DNA from: Candidatus Thorarchaeota archaeon
GTDB lineage: Archaea; Asgardarchaeota; Thorarchaeia; Thorarchaeales; Thorarchaeaceae
NCBI GenBank assembly: GCA_048882385.1
Contig: JBHLRQ010000065.1
Span: 1-18,202, forward strand
Length of the DNA stretch: 18,202 nucleotides
Direction of reading: 5' to 3'
Part shown: positions 8,275 to 15,863 of the stretch, piece after piece
Numbering within the stretch: the first letter of the stretch is position 1
Layout of the letters: every line of letters starts with the position of its first letter
The notes under the pieces: model-generated
Told to the model about the DNA's origin: nothing
Database searches by the model: none
What the model saw: the letters and a program-made list of their open reading frames with translations, nothing else
Program-made: the position numbers and the translations under genes

Positions 8275-8333
8275 TTTATATGTAGATGTCTACATAGCAT
8301 AAGTAGAGTTCTACATATGTAGGTGTCGACATA
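8275..8333 (+). promoter_or_regulatory. TATA box plus three PadR-type operators (ATGT-N8-ACAT consensus)
   Basis: TTTATA at 8275-8280; TATGTAGA-TG-TCTACATA (8279-8296, perfect inverted repeat); TAAGTAGA-GT-TCTACATA (8300-8317); TATGTAGG-TG-TCGACATA (8316-8333, ending on the A of the ATG). Confidence 0.8.
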
Positions 8334-8908
8334 TGACATTCAGTAGTATGGGCAGAAGACGACCACACGGAACAAGACTCAGTCCTGTTCAGATTTTGAT
8401 TCTTGCTATTTTAAAGCAGAAACCAGCTCATGGGTATGTAGTACTTCAGGAGATGGAGGAAAAGCTCGGATCAAGAAGGGTCAAGAGTGGAACAGTCTAT
8501 CCTGCACTCCACCGACTTGTAGAGAAAGAGCTTATTCTTGGAAGACATGTACCCCAGGATGATGGACCAGACACTGTTGAGTATCAACTCACATCAAAGG
8601 GACATAAGATACTCTCCACAGCACTACAAAATCTGGATTCGGAGTGGGGTTTCCAAGGAAAGATATGGCAGTTTCTGGGCTCAACAGCTGGTGAGAGGGC
8701 GGCTGCGCCTCTATTGGACTGGACCGTTCGTGAACGTAGCCCAATTGGATTTGCAGCCATGAAACACAGATGTAAATCTGGAAAGTGTTCTGAAAAGCAT
8801 GTCGAGTTCCTAAAACAGTATCGTTCATACCTGCAACATGAACTCGATTGGGTTAATCGACGCCTTAAGGATATGAAGGACTCTGACGAAATGGCAGGAG
8901 GTGAATAG
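8333..8908 (+). CDS. PadR-family regulator with C-terminal Cys-containing coiled-coil extension
   Basis: ILILAILKQKPAHGYVVLQEM...SGTVYPALHRLVEKELI...YQLTSKGHKIL. The C-terminus reads HRCKSGKCSEKHVEFLKQYRSYLQHELDWVNRRL. Confidence 0.92.
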   Translation: MTFSSMGRRRPHGTRLSPVQILILAILKQKPAHGYVVLQEMEEKLGSRRVKSGTVYPALHRLVEKELILGRHVPQDDGPDTVEYQLTSKGHKILSTALQNLDSEWGFQGKIWQFLGSTAGERAAAPLLDWTVRERSPIGFAAMKHRCKSGKCSEKHVEFLKQYRSYLQHELDWVNRRLKDMKDSDEMAGGE

Positions 8909-8914
8909 ACAAGA

Positions 8915-9124
8915 ATGTGTGATGAACATAGGGGTCGTGGATATGGTCACTTCTTCATGGGTCCGGGATTCTATAACATGTGCTGTTCTCCAAAGCATGA
9001 TGGACTTAGCAAAGAAACTAGAATAAAGTACCTGGAAGCAATGAAATCAAAGCTAGAAGACCGGATCAAACACATTGACCAGAGGATTGAGAAAATTCAG
9101 AAGGGTGAAGCTCAAGAAGTATAA
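8915..9124 (+). CDS. Small Cys/His/Gly-rich plus coiled-coil protein (DUF5320-like)
   Basis: Strong SD GGAGGTGA at 8897-8904. MCDEHRGRGYGHFFMGPGFYNMCCSPKH is followed by heptads RIKYLEAMKSKLEDRIKHIDQRIEKI. Confidence 0.8.
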   Translation: MCDEHRGRGYGHFFMGPGFYNMCCSPKHDGLSKETRIKYLEAMKSKLEDRIKHIDQRIEKIQKGEAQEV

Positions 9125-9148
9125 TTCCCAATTCTGATAGCGCATAAA

Positions 9149-9177
9149 CGCGACGTCGCGAACTCTCTTTCTCTCTC
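9149..9177 (+). terminator. GC-rich palindrome plus pyrimidine tract after the padR operon
   Basis: CGCGACGTCGCG (perfect 12-bp palindrome, 9149-9160) followed by AACTCTCTTTCTCTCTC. Confidence 0.45.
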
Positions 9178-9210
9178 GGTGGTTCAACAATCATCAACTT
9201 ACTAATGAAA

Positions 9211-9882
9211 TCATTTTTTCATCGTATCAGCTAGGTTCTTGAATATCTCAGGTTCTTCAAGCAAGACCCCAATCATTCCTATTGTTCTTGCCATATCCTT
9301 TATGCTGAAAACGTCAACATCACCGAAGAAGGTTGCAAGCTCCTCATTGTCAATTGTTTTCTCAAATAGCTCTCTAACCACTTGACTCCAAGACTCTAGA
9401 TACTTTGACATATGTTTCTTGAAATCTTCTCGTCGTTCTTGAGAAACCTCAAAGAACATGAGAGCAAGGTCACTTAGCTTAGCAAGTTCCTGTTGTCCTT
9501 GTTCTGTTTCCCACCATTTAGATCCCTTTACTTCTCTTTCTTGGAAAAACACTTTTCCCGTTCTACAGTATAATTTCTCGGTCTGTCTGCTTCCTTGGTA
9601 TTTCCTATGTCCTGCGATTTTTACTAGTCCTGCTTTATCCAGAATATCAAGGTGCCTATAGATCGTCTTGAGACCCTTACTGTATACAGGTCCTTCTGGG
9701 TCTTCAAGAAAGAGATGATGTATTTGTTTCACAGTCATGAACTGCTTTCTTCCAAGTGCTCCAATGATTTCGATGTTTTCATTTATCAACTTCATCTGTT
9801 CTTCGTTTGTCATGATAACAGGTTCTGGTTCTGACGTAATGAAATCCTGCGGCTGGACCTTCTTCTTTGACATTTCCCTCAT
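9211..9882 (-). CDS. Winged-helix (ArsR-like) transcriptional regulator with C-terminal helical domain
   Basis: IIGALGRKQFMTVKQIH...LKTIYRHLDILDKAGLVKIAG...TEKLYCRTG. An alternative start is ATG 9873 after GAGGGA. Confidence 0.8.
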   Translation of the reverse strand: MREMSKKKVQPQDFITSEPEPVIMTNEEQMKLINENIEIIGALGRKQFMTVKQIHHLFLEDPEGPVYSKGLKTIYRHLDILDKAGLVKIAGHRKYQGSRQTEKLYCRTGKVFFQEREVKGSKWWETEQGQQELAKLSDLALMFFEVSQERREDFKKHMSKYLESWSQVVRELFEKTIDNEELATFFGDVDVFSIKDMARTIGMIGVLLEEPEIFKNLADTMKK

Positions 9883-9939
9883 CTCTTTGCTCTGATTATT
9901 GATCTAGACAAGAGTGACTTCTGACGCTGATGGGAAGAC

Positions 9940-9997
9940 TTTTATCAATTGTCATTGACGATAGTCATTAATAGACAATCGTTGTCATATATGACAA
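9940..9997. promoter_or_regulatory. Divergent promoter with GTC/GAC inverted-repeat sites
   Basis: TTTTAT at 9940-9945; ATTGTCA-T-TGACGAT (9948-9962); ATAGTC-N7-GACAAT (9961-9979); perfect 16-bp palindrome TTGTCATATATGACAA (9982-9997). Confidence 0.6.
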
Positions 9998-10004
9998 TGA
10001 TAGG

Positions 10005-10910
10005 ATGTGCTTACAAATGCCTTCTACGGAATATATCGATGTAAGAAAGAACATTGTTCTGATGAGAATAACAGGTTCTGGATTTAATGAGGGAAATGTG
10101 ACATGCATTGAGTTAGATGACAAACTTGTCTTTGTTGATGTAGGTCGTAAGGCAGAACCTGTCAAGAAATTCAGGCTCAAAATGGAAGAGAGGTTCGGGA
10201 AAGAGACGTCTATGGTTCTTTTGACACATACACATCAGGATCACTATTTTGGTGTTGAAGCCTTCAAAGATGTGCCAATTGTAACTACATATCATGGATT
10301 GAAAGCTGTTACTGATAACCTCCGTGATTCATGGTCGCATGAAGGCCGATTAAAGACTATTGAGGAAGTTAAAGGATTCTTTAGAGAGAAGAATGAACCA
10401 CTACCTGAACGTTTCAATGGTTGGGACAAAGAACTACTTGCAACCAATCTGTTTAGCCCTACATTTGGAGTAAAAGATGAAATCAAGCTAGAATCTAAAG
10501 ATAGATTCTTGTTTTATCGTGCTATAGGAGGGCATTCGGATTGCTCGGCTTATTTGCACTTTGAACCTGAAAACATTTTGATTACTGGTGATAATCTCGT
10601 TGCTGAACATGCAAGTAACTCTGCATGCATGTTGGCTGGATTCGATGCCATGGGAGTTGAAATTCTTCGAAGATTCGAGGACTATAAAGCTAGTTTGCTG
10701 ATTCCAGGTCATGGCCCGATTGTTGACACCAAATATGTTCGAAAGTCGCGTGAATGGTTCACCAAGATGTTTGATCATTTGAGGGCACTGAAAGAGAAAG
10801 AGACTCCTGTTGAAGACGTAGTTGCTGATTCTTCTCTTCCAAAATTCTTCGAAGAGAACAAGCCTAATCAGTGGAACAATATCCTAAGCTTCTGGTATGA
10901 AAAAGTCTAG
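10005..10910 (+). CDS. Metallo-beta-lactamase-fold hydrolase (cyclase-like)
   Basis: THTHQDH (HxHxDH), GGHSD, ITGDN and IPGHGP metal-binding motifs. Confidence 0.9.
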   Translation: MCLQMPSTEYIDVRKNIVLMRITGSGFNEGNVTCIELDDKLVFVDVGRKAEPVKKFRLKMEERFGKETSMVLLTHTHQDHYFGVEAFKDVPIVTTYHGLKAVTDNLRDSWSHEGRLKTIEEVKGFFREKNEPLPERFNGWDKELLATNLFSPTFGVKDEIKLESKDRFLFYRAIGGHSDCSAYLHFEPENILITGDNLVAEHASNSACMLAGFDAMGVEILRRFEDYKASLLIPGHGPIVDTKYVRKSREWFTKMFDHLRALKEKETPVEDVVADSSLPKFFEENKPNQWNNILSFWYEKV

Positions 10911-10940
10911 GTTGATTTAGTGTTTGAGTGATGGGAAGAA

Positions 10941-10980
10941 TAACGGTTGTGCATGCACACTGCACAACTGTTATATATAA
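10941..10980 (+). promoter_or_regulatory. 13-bp inverted repeat abutting a TATA box upstream of tlpA-ccdA
   Basis: TAACGGTTGTGCA-TGCACAC-TGCACAACTGTTA (10941-10973, one G-T pair), overlapping TTATATATAA at 10971-10980. Confidence 0.55.
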
Positions 10981-11031
10981 AAACAGCAGAATCAATACTG
11001 ACATCGACCCGGCAGCTAGAGGATATCGTAA

Positions 11032-11601
11032 ATGGATCCAGAAAAGATAGCAATTGTGGGAGTGACATTGGCCATAGTGACCGTTGGATTACTCATGGGA
11101 GTTTCTTTTCTAACATTTCCAACTGGAGATGCAGATGGCGACACACCACTTACTGGAATAGTCGCTGATCGTGATCTTCTTGAGTTAGGTCTAGAAGCAC
11201 CTACTGATTGGACATTCGAGATGTCAGATGGCTCGACGTTAACATTGAGTGACTTTCGTGGTCAAGTAGTGATTGTGGACCTCATGGCAACATGGTGCAC
11301 TTCTTGTGCTGCACAGAATTCTTACCTGGAAACCATACATCAGAACCTAGTTGGTACCGCTACAATTATCTCTCTAACAGTTGATGCTAGTGAAACTGCT
11401 CAGATGATGGCCACATATAAGTCTGATAAGGGTCTTCTATGGGACCATGGTGTAGATACGGGAGAAAAATTTGATAATTACTTCAATGTTCAATACATAC
11501 CCACCATAGTTCTTATTGATGCTAATGGCATCTTTAGGTATATGCATGAAGGTATCTGGAGTGCAGGAAGTATAAGTGACGCGGTAGCATCAATCCTCTA
11601 G
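11032..11601 (+). CDS. Membrane-anchored TlpA/ResA-like thiol-disulfide oxidoreductase
   Basis: N-terminal TM; LSDFRGQVVIVDLMATWCTSC (CxxC); cis-Pro motif YIPTIVLIDANG. Confidence 0.92.
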   Translation: MDPEKIAIVGVTLAIVTVGLLMGVSFLTFPTGDADGDTPLTGIVADRDLLELGLEAPTDWTFEMSDGSTLTLSDFRGQVVIVDLMATWCTSCAAQNSYLETIHQNLVGTATIISLTVDASETAQMMATYKSDKGLLWDHGVDTGEKFDNYFNVQYIPTIVLIDANGIFRYMHEGIWSAGSISDAVASIL

Positions 11602-11616
11602 TAGGAGTTGTGTGGG

Positions 11617-12309
11617 GTGCAAGGGTTCATAGAGATAGGAGTACTACTTGCTAAGATAGCTGGGGTCTTTGGATCTGGACTCTACATAGCTATGTCTCCT
11701 TGTCTTTTTCCCCTACTTCCTCTTTTCCTGTTGAATAGCTTGAAATCGGCTGATAGCAGGAAACGGAGTGTGTTGGTGACAGCAGTACTTGTAATAGGGA
11801 TACTCAGCTCATTAGCAATTTTCATGTCTATTGCGTGGCTCATCGGAGCATTGCTGATTGATTACTACATACGAATTCAGGCAATGCTTGGATTAATCAT
11901 CATCTTTCTGGGTGTGATTACGATGTCGTCTACTCTCAAAAATAAGCTTGGGATATCAAGTTTAAATTTGAGATCTCATCCGTCAGCACCTTCAAACTTG
12001 ATGAGTGTGTATTTTGTAGGTCTAGGATATTCCTTACTTGCCGCACCCTGTTCAGGTTCAGCAATCTTTGGTGTTATTGCTCTCTTTGGAGCTGAAACAG
12101 GATTTCTTGTCCCGATTCTATTATTTGTTGTACTTTCAATTGCTGTTGCGATTCCATACTTTGCAATAGCGTTAGTTACAGGTGAGGCACGAATGAGAAT
12201 GGCAGCGTCAATCAGCACACATGCTCGTAAGGTTGAGATTGCTGCAGGAGTCATACTCATCACAATTGGCTTATTGCTATTCTCTCAACTCTTCGGATTC
12301 CGATTCTAA
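11617..12309 (+). CDS. ccdA: CcdA / DsbD transmembrane-domain electron transporter
   Basis: About 6 TM helices with the two Pro-Cys motifs SPCLFPLLP and APCSG. Start set at GTG 11617 after AGGAG (the track uses TTG 11608). Confidence 0.88.
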   Translation: MQGFIEIGVLLAKIAGVFGSGLYIAMSPCLFPLLPLFLLNSLKSADSRKRSVLVTAVLVIGILSSLAIFMSIAWLIGALLIDYYIRIQAMLGLIIIFLGVITMSSTLKNKLGISSLNLRSHPSAPSNLMSVYFVGLGYSLLAAPCSGSAIFGVIALFGAETGFLVPILLFVVLSIAVAIPYFAIALVTGEARMRMAASISTHARKVEIAAGVILITIGLLLFSQLFGFRF

Positions 12310-12328
12310 CCTCATCATGGTCAGTGAA

Positions 12329-12360
12329 AAGATGTAAAACGCAAGACATCTTCTTTTCTT
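12329..12360 (+). terminator. Possible hairpin plus T-rich tract after ccdA
   Basis: AAGATGT-N10-ACATCTT (12329-12352) followed by CTTTTCTT. Confidence 0.3.
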
Positions 12361-12361
12361 C

Positions 12362-14209
12362 ATGCGGCTTTCCAATAATATCAATTTGGATGCACTGATA
12401 GATATTCCACGCATAAATCGGTGGAGAGTGTCACCCAATAAGAGATACATTGGATTATCCGTAAATAGGATTCAAGAGAATTATGATGTCTTTTTGAAGA
12501 CAACATACTCAACAGGAAATTTGGTTCCTCTCACAAAAACTTCTGAAATCACCATAATTGAGGATTGGGCACCAGATTCGAAGTCAATTCTTGTTTCAGA
12601 AGACAAGGCAGGTAATGAGCGTGTAGCACTATATCGTGTATTCCTTGAGAATCCCTTCGAGTTGGATCCAATTACTCCGATTGATCCAAATTACTACATC
12701 CATGGAGGTTGTTTCGGACCCAGAGGAGATTTTGTTGCGTATGCTATGAATTACGATGTCGACACAAAAAGGGAAACAGAAACATTTCGTATTGTCTTAC
12801 ATTATCTGGAAACAAATGAGAGAATAATTGTAGCACGTCCTGATAAACCGACTTTCCCTGAATTGGAGGTTGATCCAAAGAATCGACTCGTCCTCTACAA
12901 AAGATCTGATGAGGATCCATCAGGTTCTCAGTGGTGGATTGTTTCGTTGAACGGAGACGAGGACCGAGAAATCCTTAATTTTGGACCCAAAGCAAAGGTT
13001 GATGCTGCATGGACCTACGATGGGAGAATCCTGTTTAACACTGATACATTGGATGGTGTTCAATACAACTCGGTAGCAGTTGGCCTTTATGACATATCTA
13101 CCGGAAGAATAGATTGGCTATCCAAACCGACTGAAGGAGGAACATATGATGGCTCATTTGTTCCGTCTCATTCCCATCACATTGTTTTGTATGAAGACAT
13201 CGAAACTAGAAGACGATTCTATATCTATGACTTGAAGACTGATGTTCTTGAGAATGTCAATCTACAAAGGGGAAATCTATGGCCAATTACGAATCTTGAA
13301 GCAGATGAATGGATTGGAATCTTTTTCAGCTCCACTATTCCAAGGAATATTGTCAAATTTAATCTAGACGCATTTGACACAGAGTCTTTCACTCCTCTAA
13401 CTGATATCTTAAGTTCCACACAACTCAAGTCAGAGGATTTGACACCTGCTGAAGATTTCAGGTGGATATCCTCAGATAATACAATGGTTCATGGTTGGCT
13501 CTATAGATCTATGAACCCAAATGGGAAGACGATTGTTACCGTTCACGGAGGACCAACATCACATTCAGGAGATGCTTTTGATCCAGAGATACAATACTTT
13601 TGTTCTTTGGGCTATAATGTATTAGATCCAAACTATCGAGGTTCTACCGGCTATGGGATTAACTTCAGGGAATTGATCAAGAAAGATGGATGGGGTGGTC
13701 TCGATAAGGAAGATATCCGAACAGGTATTGAAACAATGATTGAGAAAGGAATTGCTGTACCTCACAAAGTGGGAATCTATGGAACTAGTTATGGTGGTTA
13801 TATGAGTTGGAATGCTATTACTCACTTTCCGACAAAGGTGATTGCTGCCGCTGCTCCAATTTGTGGAATGACTGACCTTGTTGTTGATTATGAAACTACT
13901 AAACCTGATCTGAGACCCTATTCTGAAGAAATGCTTGGTGGCTCACCAAAAGAAATTCCAGAAAAATACAAAGAAAGATCTCCAATTAATTACATTCAAA
14001 ACATCAAGGGAAAGCTGCTAATTGTACAAGGTCTACGAGATCCTAATGTAACAAAAGCTAACGTATCCGAAGTAGAGAAAAAACTGGAATTGTATCGTAT
14101 TCAGTACGAAAAGCTAATGTTCGAAGATGAAGGACATGGGATCAAACGTGAGCGAAATGTAAAGACTCTCCTCTCAAGATTGGCAGAATTCTTTGATTCT
14201 TCGCTTTGA
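12362..14209 (+). CDS. S9-family (acylaminoacyl/prolyl oligopeptidase-like) serine peptidase
   Basis: N-terminal propeller-like region; VHGGP, PNYRGSTGYG, catalytic GTSYGG, DPNV and EGH. Confidence 0.95.
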   Translation: MRLSNNINLDALIDIPRINRWRVSPNKRYIGLSVNRIQENYDVFLKTTYSTGNLVPLTKTSEITIIEDWAPDSKSILVSEDKAGNERVALYRVFLENPFELDPITPIDPNYYIHGGCFGPRGDFVAYAMNYDVDTKRETETFRIVLHYLETNERIIVARPDKPTFPELEVDPKNRLVLYKRSDEDPSGSQWWIVSLNGDEDREILNFGPKAKVDAAWTYDGRILFNTDTLDGVQYNSVAVGLYDISTGRIDWLSKPTEGGTYDGSFVPSHSHHIVLYEDIETRRRFYIYDLKTDVLENVNLQRGNLWPITNLEADEWIGIFFSSTIPRNIVKFNLDAFDTESFTPLTDILSSTQLKSEDLTPAEDFRWISSDNTMVHGWLYRSMNPNGKTIVTVHGGPTSHSGDAFDPEIQYFCSLGYNVLDPNYRGSTGYGINFRELIKKDGWGGLDKEDIRTGIETMIEKGIAVPHKVGIYGTSYGGYMSWNAITHFPTKVIAAAAPICGMTDLVVDYETTKPDLRPYSEEMLGGSPKEIPEKYKERSPINYIQNIKGKLLIVQGLRDPNVTKANVSEVEKKLELYRIQYEKLMFEDEGHGIKRERNVKTLLSRLAEFFDSSL

Positions 14210-14216
14210 TTCTCCT

Positions 14217-14972
14217 CTATCCAAATAGATTCTCAGAGTATGGGCGAAGAATTTGACTTGCTTTTCCCTCTTCCTCTTCAAATTTGATTCCCTTGACGAT
14301 GACCATTGGAATGCCTTCTCCAGCCTGACCCATGACTAGTTCAGAGGCTGCTGCAACCTGATCTGCAAGACAGACTAGAGAACTCCTCAATTCTCTCCCA
14401 AATAGATCTTCTTTTCCTGAATTGTGTATAAATGGTGACATCCCAGCCACTCCAATTGCTAGGTTGACAGCACCTTTTCTCCAAGGTCTTCCCTGAGTAT
14501 CAGTCATAATGACCGGTACCTTGAATCCAACTTTCTTCGTGATTGCGTTGCTAATTCGTTGAGAAGACTCATCAGGATCATTTGGTAGTGCAACAAGAGT
14601 ATTTGTAGGTGCATTACTCTCATCGACACCAGAATAGTCTGTTATTATTCCATGTCGAGTCTTTGTAATCAATACTGGTTCTTCTCGTATGATTTCACTT
14701 GCTTCCTTGAGAGCTATCTCAATTTTTTCAGCCGGTATTCCAACTCGTTCAGAAATCTCCTTGGCTTTTTCAGTTACCACGATTTCCTCTAATCGGTAAA
14801 TACTTCGTTCAGCTATCGAAACGATTGTATGAGTGATAACGAGAATATCACCTGATTCTAGTTTCAGAGATTGGTTTTCTATTAGACCTGTGATTATATT
14901 TGGTATGTCATCTCCAGGATTTATCAATGGAACTCCTTGAACTGGAATGATCTCAATCCTGTTGTTAGTCAT
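14217..14972 (-). CDS. cofE: Coenzyme F420-0:L-glutamate ligase
   Basis: IEIIPVQGVPLINPGDD...GDILVITHTIVSIAE...SGVDESN...LPNDPDES...IMTDTQGRPWRKG...DLFGREL...ADQVAAASELVMGQAGEGIPMVIVKG. True start is probably ATG 14972, overlapping the upstream stop by 8 nt. Confidence 0.93.
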   Translation of the reverse strand: MTNNRIEIIPVQGVPLINPGDDIPNIITGLIENQSLKLESGDILVITHTIVSIAERSIYRLEEIVVTEKAKEISERVGIPAEKIEIALKEASEIIREEPVLITKTRHGIITDYSGVDESNAPTNTLVALPNDPDESSQRISNAITKKVGFKVPVIMTDTQGRPWRKGAVNLAIGVAGMSPFIHNSGKEDLFGRELRSSLVCLADQVAAASELVMGQAGEGIPMVIVKGIKFEEEEGKASQILRPYSENLFG

Positions 14973-15600
14973 CGTTATCTGATGCAAGCTCTTCTTCTGA
15001 TATTTCTTCGTACTGTTGGTCTTTTGAAGTGCGGTATTTTCCAAGACCTGCTTGGATGGCAAGACTCTCTGGTATCATCCTATACATAATAATTCCAACA
15101 AAAATATTGATTCCAGCTTGAAGGATGTTCCATGGGATATAGGCTATCGAATAAGTAATGGCTGATTCGAAGGGCATGTATCCAAAAAGAGTGAATAGCA
15201 TGATATTTCCGAAGTACATACCAATTGATCGAAAAGTTGCAGCGAATATGAAATAGATGCCTGCAGTCCACTTCCAATCAATATCCCGGTTTCTCAATAC
15301 CAGTTTTGCTACGATTAGACCTAGTAGGGTCAGAATTTCTGAGAGTCCTTTGAACGCAGCACCGTTGAAATTTCTGTATGCTATGAAGACCCACATGATG
15401 CCTACTGATAGAACCGAGAGAACTATTCCAAGTCCTAGAAAGATAATCATGATAGGAATTCCTGTCCAGTCAATAGTGAAGCCAGGTACTGGAGTATAGA
15501 AGTCAGTCAATCCAACAATGGGAAAAATCTCAAGTGCTATGATGATTGAGGTAAAAATCGCAAACACTGCAATGCTCTTCGAATCTGTTCTAATGTCCAT
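14965..15600 (-). CDS. ECF transporter S-component (substrate-binding membrane subunit)
   Basis: About 6 TM, 211 aa. IAVFAIFTSIIIALEIFP...TIDWTGIPIMIIFLGLG and C-terminal YIPWNILQAGINI follow the RibU/PanT-like S-component layout. Confidence 0.75.
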   Translation of the reverse strand: MDIRTDSKSIAVFAIFTSIIIALEIFPIVGLTDFYTPVPGFTIDWTGIPIMIIFLGLGIVLSVLSVGIMWVFIAYRNFNGAAFKGLSEILTLLGLIVAKLVLRNRDIDWKWTAGIYFIFAATFRSIGMYFGNIMLFTLFGYMPFESAITYSIAYIPWNILQAGINIFVGIIMYRMIPESLAIQAGLGKYRTSKDQQYEEISEEELASDNDD

Positions 15601-15684
15601 AGTTTCTCTGTTCTCCTATCGCTCCCTCAACTAGAGCTCTGATTTTGCGCTGTACATATCTAAGATAAAAGGGCATTGCATATG

Positions 15685-15723
15685 AAAGAAAGGGAAAAGT
15701 CCCCTGTCGTCTGACCGGGGACT
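15685..15723 (-). terminator. GC hairpin plus U-rich tract downstream of the zinc-finger microprotein
   Basis: Minus strand AGTCCCC-G-GTC-AGAC-GAC-A-GGGGACT (15698-15723) followed by TTTCCCTTTCTTT. Confidence 0.65.
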
Positions 15724-15735
15724 ATAGTTAAAGCA

Positions 15736-15846
15736 CTACTTGTGTTTTTGATGTACCTCCTTGGCATGCTTCTTCATCTCCTCCTGAGATCCGAGTTTTT
15801 TACCACAGATCTTACATTCGAATTGATCTCGTTCTTCATTCATCAT
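15736..15846 (-). CDS. Single C2H2 zinc-finger microprotein (36 aa)
   Basis: Not in the ORF track: MMNEERDQFECKICGKKLGSQEEMKKHAKEVHQKHK*, i.e. F-x-C-x2-C-x12-H-x4-H. It has its own BRE/TATA-like element upstream and a terminator downstream. Confidence 0.8.
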   Translation of the reverse strand: MMNEERDQFECKICGKKLGSQEEMKKHAKEVHQKHK

Positions 15847-15863
15847 AAATCAGAATAACTATT

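Noticed and set aside
11599-11619. In-frame tlpA-ccdA read-through fusion
   Set aside because: Two consecutive TAG stops, and ccdA has its own SD.
14973-15062. N-terminal extension of cofE given in the ORF track
   Set aside because: It overlaps the upstream gene's C-terminus; CofE similarity starts at MTNNRIEIIPV (ATG 14972).
15631-15738. SECIS-like (ATGA...TGA) or PYLIS-like reading of the 15698-15723 hairpin, with amber read-through of the zinc finger
   Set aside because: There is no in-frame UGA selenoprotein candidate on the relevant strand, the SECIS-type stem pairs poorly, and the read-through peptide has no recognisable features. A terminator explains it more simply.
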